A stretch of DNA of 64,000 bases from Vicinamibacteria bacterium (GTDB lineage: Bacteria; Acidobacteriota; Vicinamibacteria; Marinacidobacterales; Marinacidobacteraceae), in NCBI GenBank assembly GCA_963555995.3, contig OY821641.1, positions 576,001 to 640,000 of the forward strand. The letters run 5' to 3'. The notes beneath the pieces were generated by a model. That model was not told the DNA's origin and did not search any database. It saw nothing but the letters and a program-made list of their open reading frames with translations. This document shows, piece after piece, positions 21,373 through 30,282 of the stretch (its first letter is position 1; each line of letters begins with the position of its first letter). Position numbers and translations under genes: made by a program.

Positions 21373-22215
21373 TCAGTCGGCGTCCGCCTCGTCCACCACG
21401 CCGTTCCGGAGGGTCCCGACCCCGCCGATCTCCACTTCGACCACGTCGCCGGGCTTCATGAAGAGCTGCGGATCGCGGGCGAAGCCCACGCCGGACGGTG
21501 TGCCGGTGGCGATCACGTCCCCGGGATGCAGGGGATGGATCCGGGACAGGTAGGCGATCAGTTCGCGCACCGGATAGGTCATCTGCGAGGTGTGGCTCGC
21601 CTGCACCACCTCGCCGTTCAGCCGGGTCCCGATGGGAAGGTCCTGCGGATCGGGCACTTCGTCCGGGGTGACGAGGAAGGGGCCGAATCCGCCGGTCCGC
21701 CAGAAGTTCTTGCCGGGTCCGAACTGGCTGCTGTGTCCCTGGTAGTCGCGCACCGAGGCGTCGTTGAAGCAGGCGTAGCCCGCCACGTGGTCGAGGGCGG
21801 ACGCTTCGGCGACGTGCCGCGCGGTGCGGCCGATCACCACCGCGAGTTCGGCCTCGTAGTCGAGCTGGTGGGAGACCGCCGGGCGCACCAGCGCCTCTCC
21901 GTGCCCGAGCAGGCTGGCCGGAAACCGGGTGAAGAGGGTGGGGTAGTCGGCCTTCGCCCGTCCCGTTTCGAGCCGGTGGTCCTCGTAGTTGAGGCCCACG
22001 CACCAGAGCGCCCCGGGGCGGGGGATCGGAGGCAGGAACCGGACGTCGGCGACGCGGGGCGCGGTCGCCCAGTCAGCGTCCACCCCGGGCAGGGGAGCGG
22101 CCAACCGCTCGGCCAGGGTTCCGGCCCCGTCGAGCGGCAGGTAGCGGGCCCCGTCCGGAGAGACGGCGGCGACGGTTTCACCCCTTCCGGGGACGAGCAG
22201 GGTGGCATAGCGCAT
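21373..22215 (-). CDS. Fumarylacetoacetate hydrolase family protein
   Basis: CVGLNY, LDYEAELAVVIG, FNDASVRD, GKNF, PGDVIATGTPSGVG; start ATG 22215. Confidence 0.92.
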   Translation of the reverse strand: MRYATLLVPGRGETVAAVSPDGARYLPLDGAGTLAERLAAPLPGVDADWATAPRVADVRFLPPIPRPGALWCVGLNYEDHRLETGRAKADYPTLFTRFPASLLGHGEALVRPAVSHQLDYEAELAVVIGRTARHVAEASALDHVAGYACFNDASVRDYQGHSSQFGPGKNFWRTGGFGPFLVTPDEVPDPQDLPIGTRLNGEVVQASHTSQMTYPVRELIAYLSRIHPLHPGDVIATGTPSGVGFARDPQLFMKPGDVVEVEIGGVGTLRNGVVDEADAD

Positions 22216-22264
22216 AGCGCGGGGGATGCTACCGATGTCGGCTGCAAACCCGCTACGCGGCCCG

Positions 22265-22505
22265 CCGGCCTGGACCGCCGGTCTCCAGACCGGCACACGC
22301 AGCGCTCCGCGCTGCGCCCGTCCCAGCCCCACCCGGCAAAGGCGGCCCCCACCCCGGCCTGGAACGCCGGTCTCCAGACCGGCACAGCGGTGCTCCGCAC
22401 CGCGCCCGTCGCAACCCCACCCGGAAGAGACGGCCCCCGCCCCGGCTTGGACCGCCGGTCTCCAGACCGGCACACGCAGCGCTCCGCGCTGCGCCCGTCC
22501 CCACG
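22265..22505 (+). repeat. Tandem REP-like array, 3 units of 88-89 bp
   Basis: Units start at 22265, 22354 and 22442; each has the core hairpin plus a second GC hairpin with a TCC loop. Confidence 0.9.
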
Positions 22506-22680
22506 CCATACGCGACCACCAGTGTGCAAGAGTTGGTGTCTCCCGACTGCGGAAGGAGAGGGTGTCTCTTGACCGGAGTAGCTGGTCGTCCGGGAGGAAC
22601 ATGTCGCCGTAGCCGATTCCCGGGAGGAACCTGCAGCAGTAGCGCGGTCCGCATACGCGTCGTGAGGAGGGGTGGAGTTA

Positions 22681-22852
22681 CGACGTGCGCGGCGCGGAGC
22701 GCCGCTGTGCCGGTCTGGAGACCGGCGTTCCCAGCCGGCGCGCCACCCGGGTGGTCTGGAGGTCCACGGTGCCAGCCGTAGGCGTCGCGAGGGTTGGTGA
22801 GGTTGGGACGTGCGCGACGCGGAGCGCCGCTGTGCCCCGGCGTTCCAGGCCG
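22681..22852 (-). repeat. Two inverted REP-like units, the second with a deleted core
   Basis: GTGCCGGTCTGGAGACCGGCGTTCC at about 22707-22731; GTGCC-CCGGCGTTCCAGGCCG at 22832-22852. Confidence 0.8.
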
Positions 22853-22878
22853 TTGCGTCAGGCGGGGTGGGCGGGGTC

Positions 22879-23301
22879 CTACCGGTCTGCGTTCTGCACC
22901 CGGGCCAGGGCGCCCGCGAAGGCCGCCGGTTCCCCGTTCCATTCGCCGCCGGGAGCGGGGACGAAATCGGGCGGCGGCGGCCCCGGGTGGACATAGAACG
23001 CGACCGGCTCGGTCTCGCCCTCCGGCACCACTTCCACCCGCCGGTAGCCGAACTGCCCTTCGAAGGCGTCGAGCTCTGACACCGTGTCCGCGTCCACCCG
23101 GTAGGTCTCCACGACGACCGGGTTGACCTCCCGGGCGGAGACCAGCATCGGGTACTCCTCGTTGCCGAAGAGCCGAAAGGGGATCCGGACCGCGCCTGCC
23201 CGGACGAACTCGGCGCCGTCGAGGAACGCGGCGTGGTTCGCGTGCCCGCGCTTCAACGTGCCGTAAACGGCGACGAGAGCGCGGTTCGAAGTCGGCCCCA
23301 T
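22879..23301 (-). CDS. Gamma-glutamylcyclotransferase (AIG2-like)
   Basis: VAVYGTLKRGHANH, YPML, LDAFEG..YRR; overlaps the stop of the upstream amidohydrolase. Confidence 0.82.
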   Translation of the reverse strand: MGPTSNRALVAVYGTLKRGHANHAAFLDGAEFVRAGAVRIPFRLFGNEEYPMLVSAREVNPVVVETYRVDADTVSELDAFEGQFGYRRVEVVPEGETEPVAFYVHPGPPPPDFVPAPGGEWNGEPAAFAGALARVQNADR

Positions 23302-25031
23302 CACTCCCCGGCGCGGTACGCCACTTCGCCGCCCACGATCGTGATCGCCACCTTCGCATCCAGGATCTCGTCGTCCGGCACCGTGAGGATGTCCCCGGTG
23401 AGGACGACGATGTCCGCGTACTTCCCCGGCGTCAGGCTGCCCTTCACGTCCTCCTCGAAGGCTGCCCAGGCGTTCGCCATCGTGTAGGAATAGAGCGCTT
23501 CCTCGCGGGTGAGGACTTCTTCCGGGTAGAACCGGGTCCCGTCCGCCAGTTCGCGGGTCACCGTCGCGAAGTAGCTGGGAATGGGATCGAGGTCCTCCAC
23601 CGGGGCGTCGGTCCCGTTGGTCACCACCGCCCCGCTGTCGAGGAGCGACCGCCAGACGTAGGCGCCGGAGCGCGCCCGCTCGTCGCCGAGCTTCTCGGGC
23701 ACCCAGGGGCCGTCCGAGGTGGCGTGCACGGCCTGCATCGAGGCGATCACTCCCAGTTCACCGAACCGCGGGATGTCGTCCGGGTGGATGTGCTGCGAGT
23801 GTTCGATGCGGAACCGCAGGTCCGCACCGCTCACTCCGGCCGCCCCGAAGGCCCGTTCGTAGGCGTCGAGGATCTCCCGGTTGCCCCGGTCGCCGATCGC
23901 GTGGGTGTTCACCTGGAAGCCGTGCCCGATCGCGATCCGGGCGGTCTCTTCGATGTCGGCGACCTCGTCAATGACCAGTCCGACGCTCGACGGCATGTCG
24001 TCGTAGGGCTCGAGGAGCCAGGCGCCGTGCGCGCCGAGCGCCCCGTCCACCACCCGCTTGATGGACCGCACGGTGAGGAACCCGCCGGCGTGGTTCGTCA
24101 TCAGGTAGTCCGGAAGCCGGGCGTCCATCTCTCCGTTCGACTGGCCGCGGACCATCACGTAGAGGCGCACCGGAAGCTCTCCGGCTTCCGCCATCTCCCG
24201 AAAGAAATCAATCATCGCGAACGAAGAACCCGCATCCTGGAAGGACGTGACCCCCTTCCGCAGGGATTCCTCGGCGGCCAACCGGAGCTGCAGCTCCAGT
24301 TCGGCCCGGATCTCTTCGTCGCTCCGCTCCGCCATGGCCCGGTCGCGGGCGCGGGCGACGAGGCGTTGGGCCGTCTCCCGCAGCGCGCCGGTGGCGTTGC
24401 CCTCGGCGTCGCGCACGATGGCGCCTCCCGGCGGGTCGGGGGTGTTCCGGTCAATCCCGGCCAGTTCCATCGCGAGCGCGTTCGCGAAGGCGGCGTGGCC
24501 GCTCGCGTGGCGGAGCAGCACCGGGTTCTCGGGGGAGATCTCGGAGAGGCCGAGGTGGTGCGGCAGGTCCTCGACCGCGCCTCCCGGGACCTCGTCCCAC
24601 TTCTCCTGGTGCCAGCCGCGGCCTTCGATCCAGCCTCCGGGAGCGGCCTCGGCGACCGCCTCGGCCACCATGTCCACGATCCGGTTCCAGTTGGCGGCTT
24701 CCCCCAGCTTCAGGATCATCTGGGCGTTCCCGACGCCCATGAAGTGGCCGTGGCCCTCGATGAACCCGGGGATCGCGAGACGGCCGTCGAGCTGGATCAC
24801 CTCGGTGTCCGGGCCGGCGGTCGCCTCGATCTCCGCGGTGGTGCCCAGGGCCGCGATCTTTCCGTTCCGGACGGCCACCGCTTCCGCTTCGGGATGGTCG
24901 GGGTCCACGGTGACCACCCGGCCGTCCAGCAACACCAGGTCGGCGGGCCCGCCGATGTCGGGGGCCTGCGGACCACAGCCGGAGGAAAGGAGAAGCGAGG
25001 CGGGAAGAACGAGAAAGGACAGGAAACGCAT
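23301..25031 (-). CDS. Amidohydrolase 3 (YtcJ-like) lipoprotein
   Basis: Lipobox LSSGC, PGFIEGHGH, DGALG, HAIGD, RIEH, GTDAP, GSLTPGKYAD. Confidence 0.9.
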   Translation of the reverse strand: MRFLSFLVLPASLLLSSGCGPQAPDIGGPADLVLLDGRVVTVDPDHPEAEAVAVRNGKIAALGTTAEIEATAGPDTEVIQLDGRLAIPGFIEGHGHFMGVGNAQMILKLGEAANWNRIVDMVAEAVAEAAPGGWIEGRGWHQEKWDEVPGGAVEDLPHHLGLSEISPENPVLLRHASGHAAFANALAMELAGIDRNTPDPPGGAIVRDAEGNATGALRETAQRLVARARDRAMAERSDEEIRAELELQLRLAAEESLRKGVTSFQDAGSSFAMIDFFREMAEAGELPVRLYVMVRGQSNGEMDARLPDYLMTNHAGGFLTVRSIKRVVDGALGAHGAWLLEPYDDMPSSVGLVIDEVADIEETARIAIGHGFQVNTHAIGDRGNREILDAYERAFGAAGVSGADLRFRIEHSQHIHPDDIPRFGELGVIASMQAVHATSDGPWVPEKLGDERARSGAYVWRSLLDSGAVVTNGTDAPVEDLDPIPSYFATVTRELADGTRFYPEEVLTREEALYSYTMANAWAAFEEDVKGSLTPGKYADIVVLTGDILTVPDDEILDAKVAITIVGGEVAYRAGE

Positions 25032-25094
25032 GCGAGACCTCCGCGGGACCGGAAAGGGTAGCGAGGTCGCGGTTCTTCGTTAGAGTGGCGCTCC

Positions 25095-26924
25095 ATGCGC
25101 ACGCTCCGCTCCCTCTACGCCTGCCTTTTGCTCCTCCTGGCGCCCGCGACCGCCGCCGCCCAGTGGTACCCCGAGCCCGACCTCGTGCTCACCGGCGCCG
25201 AGGTGCGGACCGTGGACGCGGAGGACTCGCTGGCCGAGGCCCTCGCCATCAAGGACGGCCGGGTGGTGGCGGTGGGGTCGGCCGCCGGAGTCGCCGCCGT
25301 CTCCGGCCCCAACACCCGCACGGTGGACCTCTCCGGGAAGACGGTGATCCCCGGCATCCAGGACTCGCACATCCACTTCCTCTCGCTGGGCCGCGACATC
25401 ACGACCGGGGTGGAACTGAGTTACGCGGAGTCGGCCGAAGACATCGTCGCCGGGGTGCGCGCCCGGATTGCCGAGAGCCGGATCCCCGCCGGCGAATGGG
25501 TGGTCGGCCGGCGCTGGGACCAGTTCAAGTACCCGCGGATGGTTACCCGCTGGCAACTCGACGAGGCCGCTCCCGAGAACCCGGTGGCGCTCTACCGCGT
25601 CTATCGGGGCGTCGCGGTCAACACCGAGGTCTTCCGGCGGATGGGGATCGAGGACGGCGACTCCTCCACCTGGCCGTCGTGGTGGCTCGAGAATCCCGAC
25701 AACTTCACCTTCGAGGACCAGATCCTGCGCGAGTCGCGCGAGCTCACGGTGGACGGCGAGACCGTCACCCGGGAGGTCCCCACCGGCGTGTTCCTCGGGT
25801 CGCGGGCTTCGCGCCTCGTGACCGAGCGGCCCCCGCCCGACGACTTCGAGGACGACGTGGAGAGCGTCCGCCTGGGGGTCGAGGAACTGCTGTCACTGGG
25901 AATCACCTCCATCGTGGACCCCTCGTCCCGGATGGGCCACAACATGCGGGTCTACCAGGAGGCCTTCAACCGCGGGTACCTGCGGCTGCGCATCGCCGCC
26001 GTGTACGAAGGGACCTTCAACACCCACGCCCCCGAGGCGATCTCCACCCACCTCGACGGGATCAAGGTCAACAACCTCGGCGACCGCTTCCTCCGCTGGC
26101 GCGGGGTCAAGGTGTACGGCGACGGGGGGGTGGGGACCCGGAGCGCCTGGATGTCCGAGCCCTTCCACATGTGGGACGAGCTCGAAGGCGAGCGCAACCT
26201 CGGCAACCCGGTGGTCGAGAGCTATCCGGAGCGGGAGGCGCAGTACCGCGCCATCCGCAGCCACGGCTGGGACCTCCACACCCACAGTTGCGGGGACCAG
26301 GCGATGCGGCAGACCGTGGACCTCTACATGAAGCTGCTCGACGAGATGCAGGAAGAAAGCGGGGAACTCCCGGACCTCCGCTGGAGCGTGATCCACGCCT
26401 ACTTCCCCATCGAGCCCAAGACGCGGGTCCTCGACGACATGGCCCGCTACGGCATCGTGGCCGCCACGAACCCGGTCTTCAACTGGCAGCAGGGTTTCTC
26501 GTTCGCCGCGAACTCGGGTCCCGAACGGATGGCCCGCCTCCAGCCCTTCCGCAGCTACCTGCGGGGCGGTGTCATCATGGCCTCCGGCTCCGACTACGGC
26601 GTGACCACCCACAACCCCTGGATGGGGTTCTACGCGCTGCTGACCCGGAAGGACCAGAAGACCGGGGTGGCGCACGGCGAGGACGAGACGGTCACCATCG
26701 CGGAGGCGCTCCGTTCCTACACCTGGAACGGCGCCTTCCTGACCCACGACGACGAGGAACGGGGCAGCCTGGAGCCGGGCAAGCTGGCGGACCTCGTGGT
26801 TCTCGACCTGCCCGGGCTGGATGCGCTCGAGGAAGACCCCGAGCTCCTCTTCTCCATGCGCGACCGCATCGTCGCGACGATGGTGGAGGGGGAGGTCGTG
26901 TTCGGGGACCTGTGGTCGCAGTAG
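25095..26924 (+). CDS. Amidohydrolase 3 (YtcJ-like), exported
   Basis: Signal peptide, PGIQDSHIH, KVYGDG, HSCGD, GSD, GSLEPGKLAD. Confidence 0.9.
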   Translation: MRTLRSLYACLLLLLAPATAAAQWYPEPDLVLTGAEVRTVDAEDSLAEALAIKDGRVVAVGSAAGVAAVSGPNTRTVDLSGKTVIPGIQDSHIHFLSLGRDITTGVELSYAESAEDIVAGVRARIAESRIPAGEWVVGRRWDQFKYPRMVTRWQLDEAAPENPVALYRVYRGVAVNTEVFRRMGIEDGDSSTWPSWWLENPDNFTFEDQILRESRELTVDGETVTREVPTGVFLGSRASRLVTERPPPDDFEDDVESVRLGVEELLSLGITSIVDPSSRMGHNMRVYQEAFNRGYLRLRIAAVYEGTFNTHAPEAISTHLDGIKVNNLGDRFLRWRGVKVYGDGGVGTRSAWMSEPFHMWDELEGERNLGNPVVESYPEREAQYRAIRSHGWDLHTHSCGDQAMRQTVDLYMKLLDEMQEESGELPDLRWSVIHAYFPIEPKTRVLDDMARYGIVAATNPVFNWQQGFSFAANSGPERMARLQPFRSYLRGGVIMASGSDYGVTTHNPWMGFYALLTRKDQKTGVAHGEDETVTIAEALRSYTWNGAFLTHDDEERGSLEPGKLADLVVLDLPGLDALEEDPELLFSMRDRIVATMVEGEVVFGDLWSQ

Positions 26925-26938
26925 CGGGCAATTGCGGG

Positions 26939-26967
26939 TTGACATGCCGCCCGGGCGGCGGTACAAA
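26939..26967 (+). promoter_or_regulatory. Near-consensus sigma70 promoter with palindromic spacer
   Basis: TTGACA (26939-26944), 17 nt, TACAAA (26962-26967); the spacer contains the perfect palindrome GCCGCCCGGGCGGC. Confidence 0.6.
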
Positions 26968-27218
26968 CCGGAACAGAGAAACGGCAATGACCCATTCTCG
27001 GAAAGGGGGTCGGAAATGACCGCACCGCCGGACGACTTTGCGCTCCGGGCCCCGACGGGGGTTCCGGGAGGGTCTGAAGAGGACTTCCCGAGCCGCACCG
27101 GGGCCCGGAACTCACGGGACGAGTTCCCGGGGTCCTGACCACTGACGACGGCAGAAGCGGGGCCGACGGTCCGGGGCAGGAGCGCAGACAGCGCCCGCCC
27201 CGACCGCTCCGCACTGCG

Positions 27219-28355
27219 ATGAGGCCCAGCGCCTTCCGAGGGACCCCGGGGCTCTTTTCTGTACGCGGCGGCAATTTCCTGGCGCTCGCGGTCCTGCTGG
27301 GGGCCGTCGCCGGCCTCTCCTGCGACGCCCGCCTCTACCTCTACATCCACGGGGGGCGCGAGACGCTCCTCCCGGGACGCGTCTACGGCGACGCGCTGGT
27401 CACGCAGGGTTTCCTGGCGTCCGTCCCGCCGGGCCGGGGACTGCCGCCCGGCGAGCCGCCGCGCCGCTTCGTCCTCCGGCATCCGCTGCGCCCGCCCGAC
27501 TGGAACGGCACCCTGGTCATCGGGGCGCATCGCGGCCTCGGGGGGATCCGGCGCGGCCTCGACGGCGCCGACCTCGGGAGCGGCGAGACCGAGCTCGACG
27601 ACCTGATCGGCTGGTGGGCGCTCGACCGGGGGTTCGCCTGGGCGAGTTTCGACCGGGCCGGGGTCGGCGCGGGCCCCGACGGCTACCGGCTCACCGAGGC
27701 GTTCGCCCGGTTGATGTTCGACCAGATCCGGCCGCGCCTCGCGATGGACCCCGACCGGACGATCCTCCTCGGCTACGGGGAAGGGGGCGGGCTGGCGCGC
27801 TACGGCGCGGCGGCGACGGACGAGACCTTCGCCGGGGTGGTGCTGGTGGCCGCGACGCTCGGTGATCCGGAGGGAGCGTCCCGCCGGCGGAGCGCCCGCC
27901 TCGCCCTCGCCGCGGATCGGAACACATCCGACGCGGGCCTCGCCGCCTACGCTTCGGCTGCCGGGATCGGTGTCGAGGGAAGCCGGTTCTGGCCCTTCTA
28001 CGACGCCGTCGCCGCCGCGCCGAGCCCGGTGCTGCCCGCGCCGCCCGCCGCCCTCGAGCGCCCGGTCATCGAGGTCGTCGGGACCCTCGACGATTTCGTG
28101 CTGCCGGAAGTGCTCGCCTACCGCGACCGCATCCAGGCGGCCGGGATGGCCGGGGCCCACGAACTGCGCCTCGTCCCGGGAGCCTGGGGCGTCGGCCCCG
28201 GGGACGACGCGGTCGAGGAGCTGCAGGCCTGGGCGGCGGAACTCGGCCTGTCCGAAGCGGACCGCGCGGCGCTTGCCTCCGGGCGGAGCCTCGCGCCCGA
28301 GGTCCAGCGAGCCCTGACGGACCTGGACGCGCGCCTGCGGGATCCCCCCGGATAG
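27219..28355 (+). CDS. Alpha/beta-hydrolase-fold (tannase-like) protein, probably catalytically degenerate; start uncertain
   Basis: Lipobox-like AGLSC, RFVLR..DWNGTLVIG, ALDRGFAWAS, GYGEGG in place of GxSxG, PVIEVVGTLD. Confidence 0.6.
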   Translation: MRPSAFRGTPGLFSVRGGNFLALAVLLGAVAGLSCDARLYLYIHGGRETLLPGRVYGDALVTQGFLASVPPGRGLPPGEPPRRFVLRHPLRPPDWNGTLVIGAHRGLGGIRRGLDGADLGSGETELDDLIGWWALDRGFAWASFDRAGVGAGPDGYRLTEAFARLMFDQIRPRLAMDPDRTILLGYGEGGGLARYGAAATDETFAGVVLVAATLGDPEGASRRRSARLALAADRNTSDAGLAAYASAAGIGVEGSRFWPFYDAVAAAPSPVLPAPPAALERPVIEVVGTLDDFVLPEVLAYRDRIQAAGMAGAHELRLVPGAWGVGPGDDAVEELQAWAAELGLSEADRAALASGRSLAPEVQRALTDLDARLRDPPG

Positions 28356-28361
28356 TCCTCG

Positions 28362-29615
28362 GTGGCGGCGAGGAAGCGTCCGGCGCGGGCCTTCGGCGTC
28401 CTGCTCGCCGGAGCGATGTTCGCTTCGACGGCCTATCTGCTGGTGCTGTCCATCACGCCGCTCCTCTCCCGGCGATACCTCCCGGACTCCGCCTGGATCG
28501 GCCTCCCGAACGCCGCCCTGATCCTCGGGGTGGCGGCGGGGACCCCGATCCTCACCTGGCTCTTCTCGCGGCGCGGCCGGCCTCTCGCCCTGGGGCTCGG
28601 CCTCGGCTTCGCCGGTTGCGCCGCGGTGGGCCTCGCGCTCTCGGCGTGGTGGGAGGCGGGCTTCGCCGTCCACTTCGGTGCGAGCCTGATGCTCGGGTGC
28701 GGCTACGCCGCCTATCACCTCACCCGCTATACGGCGGCCCTCCTGGTCCCCCCGAGCAAGAGCGGGCGGGCGATCGGGCTGGTGGTCTGGATGGCGGTCG
28801 CCGGCGCGTTCATCGCCCCGCTCATCTTCGGATGGATCGAACGGATCGTCGGAGTCGGCGAGGACGAGGCGTTCCCGCTGGCCTACCTGTGTGCGGCGGG
28901 CTTCTACGGCCTCGGCGGGATCCTCTTCCTCAGGAGCCGGTCCCTCCGGGCGCGGCCTTCGTTGGGAGTCCAGCGCATCGAGCCGATGGCCGCTCCCGCG
29001 GCTCTGATCTCCAGGACATCACCTCTCGGGCGGACGTTCGGGCTCGCCATCGTCTCGCTGGCCGCGGCGCAGGCCTCGATGATGATCGTCATGACCATGG
29101 CCCCACTCCAGATGATGGGCAGCGGGGGTTCCCTGGCCGGTCTCGGAGCCATGATGGGCGCCCACAACCTGGGCATGTTCGCCCTGTCCCCGGTGGTCGG
29201 CCTGCTTTGCGACCGCTTCGGGGAGCGTCCCATCATTGCCCTCGGCGGCGCGACGCTGGTGGCGGGGGGCCTGCTCGCCGCGTTCGGTCCCGGCGGTGGT
29301 CTGGAACTCGGGATCGCGCTCTACCTCGTGGGTCTCGGCTGGTCCCTCGCTTTCGTGGCGGCGAGCACGCTGATTTCCGAGGGTCCGGATTCACCGGCCA
29401 AGGTCCGCCGGCAGGGGCTCGCCGATTCGCTGAACTGGCTGGGCGCCGGCGTGGCGTGCGTGGTCTCCGGGGTCCTGATGACCCAGCTCGGGTTCCAGGC
29501 GGTGGCCTTCGCGGGGGTGGCGATGGGGGCCGTCTCGCTGGTGGCCGCGGGGGCCGCGCGGGGACATCCGAGCCCCGAAAGACACTCCCGCACGGCCGAT
29601 CAGGGCGGCGGGTAA
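28362..29615 (+). CDS. MFS transporter
   Basis: About 12 hydrophobic segments, SRRGR and CDRFGER loop motifs, HNLGMFA. Confidence 0.88.
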   Translation: MAARKRPARAFGVLLAGAMFASTAYLLVLSITPLLSRRYLPDSAWIGLPNAALILGVAAGTPILTWLFSRRGRPLALGLGLGFAGCAAVGLALSAWWEAGFAVHFGASLMLGCGYAAYHLTRYTAALLVPPSKSGRAIGLVVWMAVAGAFIAPLIFGWIERIVGVGEDEAFPLAYLCAAGFYGLGGILFLRSRSLRARPSLGVQRIEPMAAPAALISRTSPLGRTFGLAIVSLAAAQASMMIVMTMAPLQMMGSGGSLAGLGAMMGAHNLGMFALSPVVGLLCDRFGERPIIALGGATLVAGGLLAAFGPGGGLELGIALYLVGLGWSLAFVAASTLISEGPDSPAKVRRQGLADSLNWLGAGVACVVSGVLMTQLGFQAVAFAGVAMGAVSLVAAGAARGHPSPERHSRTADQGGG

Positions 29616-30280
29616 CCCAGGACGCGGTAGTCGCCGTCCGTGATGAGGCGGACGGAGACGTACACCCCGAGCAGTCCGCCCGCCATCCAGGGGGAGTTCG
29701 GCGCCAGGATCCAGGTGTACAGCTCCCGCCGGCTGATCCGCTCTTGCCGTCCCGCCACGAAGAAGCTGACCAGATAGACCGACGCCCCGTACATCACCTG
29801 CCAGAACAGGATGACGCCGACGACGCCGGTCAGGACGGCGGGGAGGACCTGGAAGGTGCAGGCGACGTACACGATGAGCGTGGGGACCGGAGTGAGAAAC
29901 CCGTTGACGATGTCCACGTTGAATCCGAACGTGCGGCGGTCCGCGTAGGAACTGTCGTACTGGGCGTAAGCCGCCCAGACGTCGGCCCACACCGTCGGCG
30001 AAAGCATCCGGACCAGCGGGACCCTCGCCCGGAGGAATTCGATGGCCGGAGTCCGGCCCGTCCTCTTCCTCCACTCGCGCCAGTGCGCGGTGCGCATCTC
30101 GACGAGGTCCCGCCGGAGGAAGAGACAGATCTCCCAGTAGCAGATCAGCAGATTGATGGAGAGGAACAGGCTGAGGACGGAATGAAGGGCGTTCAGGTCC
30201 CCGTATGCCTGGTGGCGGGCCCCGATGCCGACAACGGTCAGGGTCGCGACAACCAGCGCCGCGAACAGGCCCGGCGGCAT
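29600..30280 (-). CDS. Integral membrane protein, possibly EXPERA/EBP-like
   Basis: About 5 TM segments; WAAYAQYDSSY, DIVNG, QVMYG..VY, NSPW. Confidence 0.6.
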   Translation of the reverse strand: MPPGLFAALVVATLTVVGIGARHQAYGDLNALHSVLSLFLSINLLICYWEICLFLRRDLVEMRTAHWREWRKRTGRTPAIEFLRARVPLVRMLSPTVWADVWAAYAQYDSSYADRRTFGFNVDIVNGFLTPVPTLIVYVACTFQVLPAVLTGVVGVILFWQVMYGASVYLVSFFVAGRQERISRRELYTWILAPNSPWMAGGLLGVYVSVRLITDGDYRVLGYPPP

Positions 30281-30282
30281 CG

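Noticed and set aside
22265-22505. CRISPR array interpretation of the regularly spaced palindromic repeats (also at 13113 and 54491)
   Set aside because: Only 2-3 units per array, the inter-core sequences resemble each other, the same repeat is dispersed in both orientations, and no cas genes are in the window. This fits REP-type repeats.
26970-27260. Assignment to a known RNA (6S, SRP, RNase P, tmRNA, c-di-GMP riboswitch)
   Set aside because: Hallmark motifs were not found by eye; kept only as an unassigned candidate finding.
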